Positions 37,201-51,200 of a DNA stretch of 64,000 nt are shown here, piece after piece. The notes under the pieces are model-generated. The model searched no databases. It was given only the letters and a program-made list of their open reading frames with translations, and was not told where the DNA came from. A program made the translations under genes and the position numbers. Source of the stretch: Chiloscyllium plagiosum. Lineage: Eukaryota. Where the stretch lies: NCBI RefSeq assembly GCF_004010195.1, contig NC_057750.1:14927273-14991272 (forward strand), written 5' to 3'. The first letter of the stretch is position 1, and each line of letters starts with the position of its first letter.

Positions 37201-39311
37201 GGAGGCTAACAGTCACGCATGGACACTGCACATCAACAGCTTACCCTTCAGTCACGGGAATAAGTCAAAACCAGCTCATCTGCTAGCCCATAGGAGACAA
37301 CAGCATTGTGGTAATGTATACAGAGGCCTAGCCCAATGTCCTGGGAACGTAAATTCAAATCTCATCGAGACAATTATTGAACAAAAATGTCTGGAATTGA
37401 AAACGAGTAATGAGGACCATGGCATTACAATTACAACGTTTAAAAGATATCTGGCTAGGTACATGAATAGGAAAGGTTTGGAGGGATATGGGCCAGGAGC
37501 AGGCAGGTGGGAATAGTTTAGTTTGGGATTATATTCAGCATGGACTGGTTGGAACAAAAGGTCTATCCGTGCTGTGTGACTCTCTTGTCAAACCGTCTGA
37601 TTCTTTATGGAGAAAAAGCTGCCGTCCTTACCTGGTCTCTGGCCTACATGTGACTCCAGACTTGCGTGCAACATGGCTGACTCTTAAACGGGCTCCGAAA
37701 TAGCTCAACAACCCGCTCGATTCCCAGGCAATGAAGGCCCACTTTGCCATAACTCTGGATGCTAGAGGGGTGGATCCCTCACCTAACTGGAATCGTGTCC
37801 AACTGTGGCTGGTTCACCCAAGTACTGACAAACCTACAATGCCGAGGCTTCCATGATGCCCCGGATTGCTCCTGATGGTTCCAAGTCATGTGGGAGTTTC
37901 CTGTTGTCTGTAGCTCTGGCGCAGCAGTGGTGCACCAGAGCTCTATTTCATGGGATTATGTCTTTAACCTGAGAATCTTTGTTTCACCCCACCCAGAATC
38001 AGAAGCATTGTGGCACAGGAGGAGGCAGTTCGGCCCAACACTTCTGTGCTGGTTCAATCCCCCTTCTGTCAAGTTCCATATCCCTTTACTCTAGTTTGAC
38101 CCATTTAACCATCTGTTGTTGTTCTTGAATTGGACCTCCTGCCCCCACGTTTCCAGGCAGTGCCTTCCACACCCTAGCTGGCTGAAAAAGGATTTTCTCC
38201 CATCGTCCTTACTTCATTGGAACATGTCTCAGGAACAGCTTCCCCCTATCTACTCTGTTCAGTCCCGCTCATGATTTTGAAAACCTCAATCAATTCTCCC
38301 TCTGAGCCGCCGCCTCTCCAGGGAGAACAATCCCAACTTGTTCAATCTACCCTCATCACGGAAGTTCCTCATTCCTGGAACCATTCTTGTAAATTATTTC
38401 AGCACACTCTCCATTGCGCTGCATCTTTCCGATAATGTGGTGCCCAGAACTCTACACTAGAGTCCGAGCCCTTTCCAACTCTAACACTAGGCCTTGTCCT
38501 GTTGATTATCAGCACCTTGTCCCTTTCCCATAATTCCCACAAATAGTAATCACTGTTTGCCAACTGCTGGATCAAAAGGGGTTTTGATTGTTTTTTGCCG
38601 GGAATCCCATTCTCCATTTAACACGATCCCTAATTTTCTAAACCCTTGTCTTATGCCATTTCAAGGCTTGAGCCACAAAGACTTAATTGTTTTTCCTACC
38701 GAGTCCAGTATCAGCACAAGCTGTTCCAGGGCATTCTGTGTCTGAATCTCAACTTCTTATCACGTAAACCACTCTGTCTGACATTCCCATCACTTTAAGC
38801 TGTTCTTATCAGAACAGGCAAAGTGCTAAGAATTAACTGTTTCCTCACGAACCTTTAAATGAGGATCTGCATCTCTGTCCCCAATTTATGAGTGTCTGAC
38901 TTAACGTTTATTAGTATGAGCATGATCCAATACATGGTTTTACTTTTTAAAAGACCCAATATGTGATCATTTCCTGTGCTTAGTATTTTCTGTTGCCGTG
39001 TGTCACGTTCCAACTTGCGAATGGAACTCCAAGACTCCAGCTTGGAACCAATTTGCAACCCAGGTCTGCCTGTATGAGCCAATCACTGAACAATTCATCA
39101 GCATCATACACCTATCTCACTCCCCTATTGCTAACAACTCTGGCTTTAAACAAAAGTGTGATAAGTGATACTCCCCTTACATCTCACAGCCTTGACCCAT
39201 CAGCACCCATTTCTCATGCAGTGTAAATTGTTGCTTGCTTTAAATTTTGGCATTCTTGCACTCAACAATTGCAGGATGAGAAGCTTTGATAGCAAGCCTT
39301 TCAGTTCTAAG

Positions 39312-39750
39312 GAAGGGTTGGAGGATTTGAGCTACAGGGAGAGGCTGAACAGGCTGGGGCTGTTTTCCCTGGAGCATCGGAAGCTGAGGGGTGACCTTAT
39401 AGAGGTTTACAAAATTGAGGGGCACGGATAGGATAAATAGACACAGTCTTTTCCCTGGGTTGGGGGAGTCCACAACTAGAGGGCATAGGTTTAGGGTGAG
39501 AGGAGAAAGATTTAAACTGGACCTGAGGGGCAATGTTTTGTGTATGGAATGAGCTGCCAGAGGATGTGGTGGAGGCTGTTACAATTGCAACATTTAAGAG
39601 GCATTTGGATGGGTATATGAATTGGAAGGGTTTGGAGGAATATGAGCTGGGTGCTGGCAGCTGGGACTAGATTGGCTTGGGTTATCTGATCAGCATGGAC
39701 GGGTCGAACTGAAGGGTCAATTTCCATGCTGTACATCTCTATGACTCTGT
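39312..39750 (+). mobile_element. CR1/HER1-type LINE 3' end
   Basis: [34 protein letters not shown]. Confidence 0.88.
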
Positions 39751-40639
39751 TAACTGATTTCTCTCCACAGAAGCTGCCAGACCTGCTGAGCTTATTCAGC
39801 AATTTCTGTTTTTGTTTCTGACTTACAGCATCTGCAGTTCTTTAGGTTTTCAATACGTCAATCTGATATCAAGCAAATTTTAACTCTTTGATTAAACTAA
39901 CATGATACCTGTATTTTTGATATTGAATAGCAATCATGTTTAAAGATTACAGATTAAATTAACTTTGAATTGGAATTCCCAATCTTTTATCTTTTGGGGT
40001 GGCTCAGTGGTTAGTTAGCATTGCCTCACAATGCCAAGAACCCAAGTTTGATTTCACCCTCAGGTGACTCTGTGGAGTTTGCACATTCTCCCTGTGTCTG
40101 TGTGCGGTCTGGTATCCATCCACAGTCCAAAGATGTGCAGGTTAGGGTGGATTGGCCGTGCTAAATTGCCCACAGTGTCCAGGGGTGTGCAGGCTAGGTG
40201 GATGAGCCATGGGAAATGCAGGTTTATGGGGATAACGTAGAAGGAATGGGTCTGGGATGCTCTTCAGAGGGTTGTTGCAGACTTGATGGGCTGAATGGCC
40301 TGCTTCCACACCGCGTGGATTCTATAACTATATCCAATGACCTTTCCAACCTTGAATTTTCACTCTTCCAATACCACACCCCAAAACATTCTGCCTAATC
40401 TGTCCAAGCCTTGTCTGAAGAAGGGTCACCGGACTCGGGGACAATAACTATATTTCTCCCTCTACCAATGCTGCCAAACCTGCTGAGTTTCTCCAGCACT
40501 TTGTATGTGTTGGTTTTACCCCAGTCTGAATCCCTTTATTCAAAATGATAAAAGCACTAAAGAAACTCAGCAGATCCGACATCATCTTTGAGGGAGAGAA
40601 AACGAGTTAATGCTCTATCTCACAGATTAACTTCACAAC

Positions 40640-40868
40640 TGAAGACGCAGTGATTGGAATGATGTCAGCTAGGTGGACCTCAGAATGAGTTCCCTGATTG
40701 GGGCTGTTAACCTGGTCCAATCAGGGAGTCCTGGCTGACAGATATAAACAGGAATGTCAGGGGTTCTGTTCACCTTGAGACCAGGCTGTGCGCTAACTGG
40801 GTCAGTGTCATACTGCGCGTGTGTAAGTAAAGGGGGACGGGTTACCGGCCTTAGTGGAGTTATTTCAG
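40640..40868 (+). mobile_element. Solo LTR-like element with CCAAT and TATA boxes
   Basis: TG...TTTCA ends; CCAAT 40717, TATAAA 40743; AGTAAA where a poly(A) signal would be expected. Confidence 0.55.
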
Positions 40869-41569
40869 ATTAGAGGTAGAAAAGTCATGGTTTCATACAA
40901 TAGGGAAGGTCCAGGATACAGAGAAATGCAGGATGGTGGAACTTGAGTAGGCCATTCAGCCCTTTGAAACTGCTCCACCATTCAATAAGATCTTGGCTGA
41001 TCCAGTTGCCAAGTTTGAACTCCATTGTCCTGTCTGCTCTCCTGTAACCATGGACTCTCTTGTCAATCCAAAACCTATCCAAGTTAGCACCGAATGGACC
41101 GAGAGACCCAGCTTCTCCTGCTTTCTGGGCAAAAGAATGCCATAGCCTGATGACTGTCTGTCTGAAGGTGCCTTAACAGTGCTACCTCTCATTCCTAACC
41201 AATGATATCCCCTGGTTTTCCTGAATCTGCACCAGTCCCACTTTCCAGATCTCAGTCTCTATCCTTGAATTTTAGAGTGCGGGAGCAATTAAATGACACA
41301 AAGATGCCTTGGAACAAAACGCAAAGGGAGCAGTCACGGTTGTAGAGAAGTGACATAGCATCGATCCAGCATATAAGGTGTTAATGGCAGAATGCGAAAC
41401 AGTTTTCTCTGAAAGGTGACAAGACTGAAAATCAAGACTGGACTGAGCAAAGGGAGGAAAAAGTCAAAGTGGGATAGAGTTCACGGTCTGAAATGGTTGA
41501 ACCCAGTGTTTAGCCCAGAAGTTTGTAAAATGCCTCATTGAAAGACTATTCAATATTCAGCTTCTCTAT

Positions 41570-41880
41570 TCACTGCTGCCTCACAGCACCAGGATCCCAG
41601 GTTCGATTCCGTCCTCTGGCGACTGTCTGTGTGGAGTTTGTGCATTCTCTCCGTGTCTGTGTGGGTTTCCTCTGGTTTCCTCACAGTCCAAAAGATGTGC
41701 AGGTTAGCTGGATTGGCCATGCTAAATTGCCTGTAGTGTCCAGGAATGTGTATTAGCCACAGGAATTGCAGAGTTACAGGGATAGAGTGGGGTGTAGGTC
41801 AGGGTGGGATGCCCTTCAGAGGGTCAGTGTGGGCTCGAGGGGCTGAATGGCCTGCTTCCACTCTTTGGAGATTCTATGAT
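41570..41880 (+). mobile_element. HE1-type SINE
   Basis: CACTGCTGCCTCACAGCACCAGG...GGTTCGATTCC; shared body and tail. Confidence 0.85.
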
Positions 41881-42096
41881 CTGTCACTGTCTTTGTTGAT
41901 GGATTTTGTTTTCCTCCACACTCTGGAGTGACATTAAAGAAAGCATTTTGGAATTAATTCTGTTTTAGGGATAACCAGCTGGTTCTTGAGATGTAACTGG
42001 TTCAACTTCGAGGGCTGTTATTTGGTGGGGGTGGAGGAGAGGGGAGAGCGGGGGGGATTGTTTGAGTCACTAACACCTCTCCCTCTTTTTGTCCAG

Positions 42097-42272
42097 AGCC
42101 TGTGGAGTCTTGACATGCACAGAGACACGAGTCTGTCCTCTGGTTTTTCTGACCACCCCCTATCAGATTACTGGATCTCACACTCTGAGGAAGGCAATGC
42201 TCGGTCCTTGGTGAGAATGCCCGATGGGCAGCAGTGCGACATCTGTGCCCCATCCCTCGAGAGACGCATCAA
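42097..42272 (+). CDS. Nesprin-like exon A (putative ATG at 42115; ...CDICAPSLERRIK)
   Basis: Pyrimidine tract+CAG at 42096; AA|GTGAGT donor in phase 2 matches next exon; ICAPSLERRIK resembles nesprin-1 ICAMSMERRLK. Confidence 0.75.
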
Positions 42273-45200
42273 GTGAGTATGGCAGGCAGTGGTCTCCCTC
42301 TGACTCTGGGGCATCAGCTGCTCAGATGTCTCCTGTCACATAAGCCACGTGACCCTTGGGCCCTAGCCTCACTGTCCTGAGGGGAAAAACCACAGGCACT
42401 GGTCCAATTGTTTGTTCCATTGTTGAAAGACTGGCACTAGTCATAGAATCATACAGCCCCTTGGTCCATGCCGATCAAAATGTCCATCCACACCTACCCT
42501 ATTCCCCTGCACTTGGCCCATATCCTTCTGAACCTTTCCTATTCCTGATGAAGGGCTTTTGCCCGAAATGTCGATTTTTCTGCTGCTTGGATGCTGCCTG
42601 AACTGCTGTGCTTTTCCAGCACCACTCTAATCTAGAATCTGGTTTCCAGCATCTGCAGTCCTTGTTTTTACCCTGAACCTTTCCTATCCATGTTTTGTCC
42701 AAATGCCTTTTAAATGTTGTTAATGTACCCGCCTCAACCACCTCTGCTGGCAGCCCATTCCATATGCATGCCACCCTCTGTGTAAAAACAAAAAAGTTGC
42801 CCCTCAGGTTCCTTTTTTATTCTTTCCCCTCTAACCTTAAACTGATGCCCTCTAGCCCTCGATTCCCCAACCCTGGGAAAAAGACTGAGTCCATTCATCC
42901 TATCCATGTCTCTCACAATCTTATACACTTCTATAAGATTCCCCCCTCAGTCTCTTACGCTCTAAAGAAACGCTCCTAGTTTATCCAACCTTTCCCAAAA
43001 CTCAGACCCTTGAGTCCTGGCAACATGCTTAAAGTTTCTTCTGCATGCTTTCCAGTTTAACAACATCCTTCTGATAGCAAGGTGACCACAACTGAATATA
43101 ATATTCCAAATGCAGCCTCACCAACATAACTTCCCATCTTCTATACTCAATGCCGTGACTGATGAAGGCCAGTGTGCCAAAAGCCACCTTCACTGCCCTG
43201 TCTACCTGTGACTCCACTTTCAGAGAACTGTGAACCTGAACTCCAAGGTCCCTCTGTTCTCCTCCACTCCTTAAGAACCTACCATTCACCATGAAACTCC
43301 TACCTTGATTTGACTTTTCAGAATGCAAGACCTCACACTTGTCTATATTAAGCTCCATTTGCTAATTCTCAGCCCACTTCCCCAGCTGATCAAGGACCTG
43401 CTGCAATTTCTGATAAGAGACTAGTAGTAGAATTTCTGGAATAATTAGTTCACTTACGTGCTTCTCTATGCTAGATTTCTGCCTTCTGTCCTGCTCTTCC
43501 TATGGTATTCTGTCCCTGTTACCTCCACCCCTGAGGTGCTATTTATTCACAGTGAAGAGTATTTCTGTGACATCATCACAAGGATGCTCTAGGGTCCAAA
43601 AGCCCCTTGTACAACAGTGCAGGGGTGTCAGCAGTGATACCCAGGGTGATTCCAGCTCGATCCCACAGGTCCCTTAGAATGCCAAGTCAGTCGATTTGTT
43701 ACAGAGTGGCCTTGGAAACATGCAGCATCTCCCAGACACTTGTGTTTCCAAGAGTCTGCGTCAGTGTCTGGGAATTTATGGCCTTTGGAGATTTAAATGT
43801 CCACCACGTTAACAGGCTGCTTCGGTCGGGAGGAAGATTTGACCATTCCTTAGATTTCCTGCCTCCATTGGAAAAGGGGTGGGGGAGGATTCCAAGGAGG
43901 GGAGGGCGTTTTGAACTGGATCTCCGGCACAGGAATATCGGGATCACTGGAACAGTTCTCTTCCGTCTCCCGCAGAATGGAGCAGTCCTGGCAGCTGTGG
44001 CAGGAATTCCTGGATGACTATTCCCGGTTCAACGACTGGATGCACTGGGCTGAAGCCCTGGCCAGGGAGCCCCTCTCTTCACAGGTTCTGTATTCCGAGG
44101 CTAAGGAGGAGCTGAAGAGGTTTGAGGTGAGTGAACTCTGCCGGAATCCAGCCCTGGTGGGTCAACCCTTCAATCCTAAACCACTGGGGTCTACGAAATG
44201 GGGGCTCAACTCTCCTTAGCTTGCAAGAACCCTGAAGCAGTCAGCGAAAGCTTCTAGAACCTTCCACCCCTGGCCCATTGATCCAACTTCTTTAGCTTGG
44301 AATGCCTGACTTTCAATTCCTTTCCACAAGAGAAAGACCTTTAGGGAAGGATTTTGTTTGTTTTGACTAATCTGAGGAGAGGCCATTCTGTCCCTCAAAC
44401 CTGAAAAATGTGTTGCTGGAAAAGCGCAGCAGGTCAGGCGGTATCCAAGGAGCAGGAGAATCAACGTTTCGGGCATAAGCCCTTACCATCATCCTGTCAG
44501 AGCACGTTTGATTGGTCCGTCTGCTATAATCTTCTTGCTGTGTGGCTTTAGTCTTTATCCAGGGTCTGCTGAGAGGATGACATCAAGAACCCAGCTCTTC
44601 CAATCTGGGTCCAATCCCAATTTCCAATCCAGATCAGACGGAAGTTGCCCACTTGCCTTCCCAGGATGTGTCGGGCCAGATGTCCAGCGCAGGGTTGGTT
44701 CTAGTCCGAAAACCACTTGGGCTGTGTCAGTGGGACTCTGTGCAGGATGGTTTGTTTGTTTGTCTGGTTGTTTGTTGTATTTGCTGCTGTATTCAACGAA
44801 GGAAGCAGATTAAAGGTTCCAGAGCCCCCCTCACAACGACTGGGAAGGTACCCGCGTAAGGAATGGGAGTTAGTGGGCTCAGGAGCACGGTGTGTATGTT
44901 TGTTTGTGTGGGTGTGGGGGAGAAGAGAGACCGGGTTGGCAGGGGTGAGGGGTCTAGGCTGGTGGGGTGGAGAGTTAAGTCAGGTAACTGGGAAGGAGGT
45001 ATGGGGGATGAGGTAAGTGGGTGAGAGGTTTGGGTGGCGGATGAGGGGTTACGGGGGGGGTCTGGCAAGTGGGTCAGTGGGTAAAGGGGAAATCAGTAAA
45101 TGGGTACAGAAGGGGGGGGGTCAGTAAGTGGATAAGAGGTTGCGGAGGGTCAGATAAGTGGCTGAGGGAGTGTGGGAGGCAGGTGGTGGCTGACAGGATC

Positions 45201-48200
45201 AGCTGGATGGTGGTTCAGGCCGGTGTAAGGTGTTGCAGTCGGTTTAATGCAGGGTTTGGGCAGTGTGGCCCTGGGGGTTGGAGGCATTCAGGCTGAGGTG
45301 GTGTTCCAGTGAGTAATCGAGAGGGTCATTTTCACAGTTCACTAGGTGTTTGAACCAGTTTGAATCTGAATAATTATCCAGTCCACGCAACTCTCCAAAG
45401 GCGCTCAACTCTGTAACTCCTGAGTTGTGGACTTTGGAAAGTTTGAGACGTTGGGTAATTGCTGATAATTGGAAGTTTACATTTCTCTGATAATTCCCGT
45501 GAGGTCAGTGCAACGGGACACTCCAGATGAGTCAAAGTACATCTTGCTGGGTGTATCTGGCCTGTGCTACCCACAGACTGGGAGAGCTGGAGTAATAATT
45601 TATTTATTCGAGACACATATTATAGCTTCAAATTGCTACAAGCCTCTGACCAATCAAAATCCCCGGTATTGTCAAAAAGAGTTTTATTAACATATCCTTC
45701 AGCCAGGCGTTCCTTACTCAACTAATACCTTTCAGTCACTTTCAATCTGTCCCCTCTGATCTCCTTGCCTCCCAAATAACCTCTCATCGCAGAATTGGTG
45801 GAGAGAAACGAGTCTGTGCTTGAAGTGGACTAGAGATGGTGAAAGATAATCTTTGTTTTTCTCTCTCTCTCTGTCCACAAATGCTGCTGAGTTTCTCCAG
45901 CAATTCCTGTTTTTCACGTTTCAGATTCCCAGCATCTGGCGCTTTTGCAAAATGGAGATTCTTAAGAGAGGGGGAGAAAAGGACAGGTTTTAAAATTAGG
46001 AGTTTAGATTTATTAAAAAGTAAAATTAGAAATGTCATGCACAGATGACAATTTCATTGTTTTGCTTCACGTAGAGTCACGTTCTCAAAACAGCCAGGGT
46101 TTGTTTGACTTTGAGGTTCTCCGAAAGCAATATTTTTAAACTGCGACCAGAAACTGAAGTGCTCTGGTACTGTGACTCCCTGAGCTCATCTCCCATAATG
46201 CTACAAGGCCTGAGAAAGGGCCCAGGCCTCAAAACTAACTATGGACTTTCTTTCTCATTGGGAATAGTGTCTCCAGAAACGGACGGAAGAACACGTGATC
46301 CAACTTGAGTCGATAAACAGACGCTACAGGCAGCTGGCCAGGGAACAGGGCATCAGATTGGCCGGCAAGCTGAAAGGAATGGTGCATGATGGGAACCAGA
46401 GGTGGGACAACCTCCAGAGAAGAGTTGGCATCATCTGCAAAAGGCTAAAGGTAATTGACCACTCCCTGTTGAACCCTGAGAGGTGTTTGGCACCCACTGT
46501 CCCTGGAGAGAATAGTCAGGAAATCTGAGGTTTTCAAAATCCTGAGTGGACTGGACAGAGTTGATGGGGACTTGTGAAAGAAACAAGAGTGTCAGGGGTG
46601 TAGTTTAAAATGGTGTACAAATGAAGCAAAGGTGATGTGAGAAAAAATACTTTATGACAAAGCACATAGTTAGAATGGACTGGAATGCGTTCCCTGGAAA
46701 TGTGGGGGAAGCAGGATCAATCAAGACATTCAAGAGGTTGTTGGTTTTGATGGTTTGTGTTTGTGAATGTGGGGGCACCGACAGGAGACAATAAAGCTGG
46801 TATAGGTGCAGTGGCCTTCTGCACTGTTACGTTCCTATGCTATGATCATCACTCTGAGATGTGGGCATCGCTGGTTGGATCAGCATTTATTGCCCAACTC
46901 TAATTGCCCCTTGAAGGTGTTGGTGAGCTGCCTCCTTGAATCATTGCAGTCCATGAGCTGTAGGTTGACCCATCATTCTGTTAGTGAGGGAGTAGAAGGA
47001 ACAGCGATATACTTCCAAGTTAGGAATGATGTGTGGCTCGGAGGGGGACACGGAGTTAATAACAGAGGGAATACTGACACCAATAGTCAGGGAGGATGGA
47101 GTCACCTGTACTGGAAAGCTCCATTACTGAGATCAGCATTCTGTACGTTAATAAGAGTTTCAGACAATGGTAGCTATAGACCAAACCGAGAGCTACAGGC
47201 ACCACATGGAGACTGGGATGGAGTCAGTAAGCTCCCTCTCACAGGACAGGAAACAAGCCCTGAGTTTGGAGCAGCCTGGCCCACATCAACAAAGATGTGG
47301 AGGTGCCAGTGTTGGACTGGGATGGACAAAGTTTAAAAATCACACCACACCAGGTTATAGTCCAAGGGATCTATTTGGAAATATAAGCTTTCGGAGCACT
47401 GCTCCTTTGTCAGGGAGCACATCAACAAAGGGCAGCAAGGTCAGGCTGAGCCCAGAACCCAACCCCAGCAGCACAGGCACTCTCTCTCTGCACGGGTGGT
47501 GAGACTTTAATACCACTTCGTTGACCGGAAATTCCATGAAATGCTTTCCAAGTGTCACAAAGCGAGTCCCCTTTGCTTTCTAAAGGTTTCCGTGCCTCAA
47601 GGAGATTCTGTCCTAAATTTCTTTTTCAGAGGGGAGTAATAAACTGGGCCGGGTTCCGATCAGTCTGGTTTGGTACAGAGATGAAAAAGGATTTTGAGGC
47701 CTTTTATTTATATGTAAACAGATGAGACATCAGGCCAAAGTGGTCATGTGTTAGAAGTGACCTGTCTCAAGAAAGGGCAGTGGTTAGCTCTCGAGCTGAG
47801 CAGTTTAATTTAGTCTTGAGCTGGCTGGAAGTTCATAAGGGAGTTATCTGGAAACTTTCCCTCTGCCCCCCTCTTCCCCCCCCCCCCCCCTCCAACTTCA
47901 ACCTGTAAGCATGTGTTCCATTTATACTGGCTTTTTAAAGGGAGTTTGGTTATTGAAACTGTTGTGTATACAGTACTAGGAACAGCGTAATTAAGTCTAG
48001 TTGGATAGATTGAGTTCTGTAGGGGTTCTTTATTCTGTTCTTTGTGTTTCATTGTGTAATTTTATGAATAAATCTTTGTTTTAAACCTGGCAGTCAACCT
48101 CGCTATCTTACTCAGGCTAATTTTCACTGTACACTTACCGAAACTGCTTAAGAATGTTTTTGAGTGGTCTGGCCGAGGCAGTGAAAGGAGCTATAGAAAT

Positions 48201-51200
48201 TGAGTTTTTTTTAATCCGTGTCCCCAGTGACACACTTCCCCTGGTGTCAATGCTCCAACAGCACGTGTTGTGTGGCTTTTTCTATGTTGCTTGGTATTTC
48301 TGACTTTGGTCCACGTGAGAGTCTCAGTTCTGCTCTGGGTGACATTTTCCTGCTCACCCATACTTTGTGCGGTTCTCAGTAATTGTTCGACGTGTGCCCT
48401 CACTTTCAAGTCACCCCCCCACCCGCTAAGGGAAGTGGCCATTCGTTCCTGTCTGTCTTATCCCTGCACAGGGATAAATCTGAAAGGAATCCCAAAGCCC
48501 TGAACTCTCCCATCATAGGGCAGAATTGGAAAGGCTTGGAGAGAGTCGATGACCAGGTGTTAATGTTGCTGGATTGTAACCTGGAGGCCTAGGCTGATGC
48601 TCAGGGGATCCAGCTTCAAATCCCATCATGACATCCGGTAAATATTAAATTCTGTGTGTAAAGCTGTATTAGTCTCAGTGATGGTGGCTCTGATCACCTA
48701 GCAACAATTGTCAGGAAAATCCATCTGGTTTGCTAACGTCCTTTTGAGGAGGGAACTCTGCCATCCTTACCCAGTCTGGTCTACACATGACTACAGACCC
48801 AGAGTGAAGTGGTTAAGTCTTTAACTGCCCTCTGGAATGGTCGAGCAAGCCACTCCAGTTCAGGCACAATTAGGGATGGATAAGAAATGCTGGCCTTGTC
48901 AGCAAGGTCCAGGGAAAAAAAAGAGAAAGGAAAATTCTGTCAAAAGCCTTCATCACAGCTTTGCTTACATTCTCAGCTTCAATGTCTCTTGTTGCTCCCC
49001 CACCTCGTTACTGCAGCCTCCTGTCCCTGGGGTCCTCTGGGATGTTCTCCCAAGTGTCAACTGTAGTTTCCGTGGTTTACTCTAGAATGGGACCTAGGAC
49101 TGGGCAGCATGGTCTGTAACTGGCCAAGCTTCTGCCTTGTTTCAACTCGCATAGTTTTATTACTGACCTTGTCAGCTATCAACCGTAAGACATAGGAGCA
49201 GAAGCAGGCTATTCAGCCCATCAAGTCTACTCTGTCATTCGATAAGATCACGACTGAGTGATACTTCCAACTCAGCTGTACGTCAGTGCCCTGGCCAGCT
49301 CTCTGTACTATCCTGACAGATCGAGTAAAGGAATTACCCCCAATTAAACCAAAGGGACACTGTAATTAATGGAAAATCTCTAAAAGGACATTTTACAAAT
49401 TTAAATGAAAATGTGGTTATTGGGACTGATGATGCACTTCTGATGGTGTCTTTTTGTACCATTTTAATTGTATTAAATTAAAACTCAGTGGTTCCTTTTA
49501 AAGGGATGACAAAATTCAAATCATAAATGCAACTTACAAATCCTAAATTCAAACTTGTTCTTAGAGAGTGATTGTGTACTTGCTGTGCCCACTGGTTTTT
49601 ATAAGTGCTCTGGCAACTTAATTAAACAATGATTCCCCTGTGTTTTACCATTTGTGTGGGTGTTAGGAAGGCCTTGAGAGCACTGTCATTGGGTGACCAA
49701 TCTGCCTGACAATAGACTCCCTAAGCAATCACTCTAACCCTGAGCTCGCTCCCAGCAAGGCATTCCCAGGTCGATAGCAGAATTCTTTTGGGGATGTTCT
49801 CAAAGCATCCATGGAGAGATCAAAGCTCCCTGTCGACATGGTGATGCTGGCTGTCCGCATACAAAGGCAAGTGCCAGAGAACACACAGACCACCGAAACC
49901 CAGGTGGCAGAGTCGGTGGGTTACCCTCTCCTCGTCAGGTACCCATCCACTCTGAGGGAGTGCCCGAGAAGGGAGGAAGGGAAGGAGGGTATCAGTGTCT
50001 GTAATGTTCACTCCTCTTCAATCGGGGCCTGATGAGTGGCTGTGTCTTGTCAGTATTTTGTAACCCAGAGGGAAGAGTTTGAGACCGAGAGGGAGAACCT
50101 GTGGTTGTGGCTCATGCAGTTGGACGTCCGACGCTCCGAGCTGGAATATTTCTCCCAGGAAGGGGCAGCAGAAAAGCTCGACTCGCTTCAGGTACCGGGT
50201 GTGTGGGCCAATGATGGTGGGAGGGATTTGTGTCTGTCTGAAGCAAGTGTTTACACTGAGGGAAAAGAGATTCCACAGATTCACGACGCTTTGAGAAAAG
50301 TAATTCCTTCTCTCTGATTTTAACTCTGCCAGCTCTTATCCTAATACTATAACCTCTTAATCAAGATTTCCCCACAAAGGGGAACCTCCCCTTCATATCA
50401 ATCCCTTTTGGCATCTTGTATACCTCAATTACGGGCGGCACAGTGTCTCAGTGGATGGTACTGCTGCCTCAGCGCCAGGGACTTGGATTCGATTCCAGCC
50501 TCAGGTGACTGTCTGTGTGGAGTTTGCACATTCTCCTCGTGTCTGCGTGGGTTTCCTCCCACTGTCCAAAAATGTGCAGGTTAGGTGGCCATTAGCTGCC
50601 CATAGTGTCTGGGGGTGTGTTGGTGAGGTTGGTTGGCAATGGGAAATGCTGGTTTTCAGTAGATTAGGTCTAGGTAGAATGCTCTTTTGAGGGGTCTGTG
50701 TGGACTCGATGGGCTGAAGGACCTGCTTTCACACTGTGAAGATTCTATGATTATATCCCCTCTCGTTCTTCTAAACTCTATTGAGTAGGTAAAAACAATG
50801 ACTGCAGATGCTGGAAACCAGATTCTGGATTAGTGGTGCTGGAAGAGCACAGCAGTTCAGGCAGCATCCAAGGATGCTGCCTGAACTGCTGTGCTCTTCC
50901 AGCACCACTAATCCTAAACTCTATTGAGTCCTGAATCTTCACTGCTCTCTGAGGAAGAGAGTTCCATAGAGCAATGATTCTCCAACATAGAAATGTCCTG
51001 TCTGAAGACTGGAAGCTCCTAATGTAACCCCATGAGCTTCTAGAATGAATGGATTAGATTAGATTCCCTACAATGTGGAAACAGGCCCTTCGGCCCAACA
51101 AGTCCACACCGACCCTCAAAAGAGCAACCCTACATTTACCCCTTCACCTAACACTACGGGCAATTTAGCATGGCCAATTCACCTGACCTGCACATTTTTG

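Noticed and set aside
44780..45300. G-rich tract as functional G-quadruplex or ORF
   Set aside because: Low-complexity intronic sequence with no supporting structure
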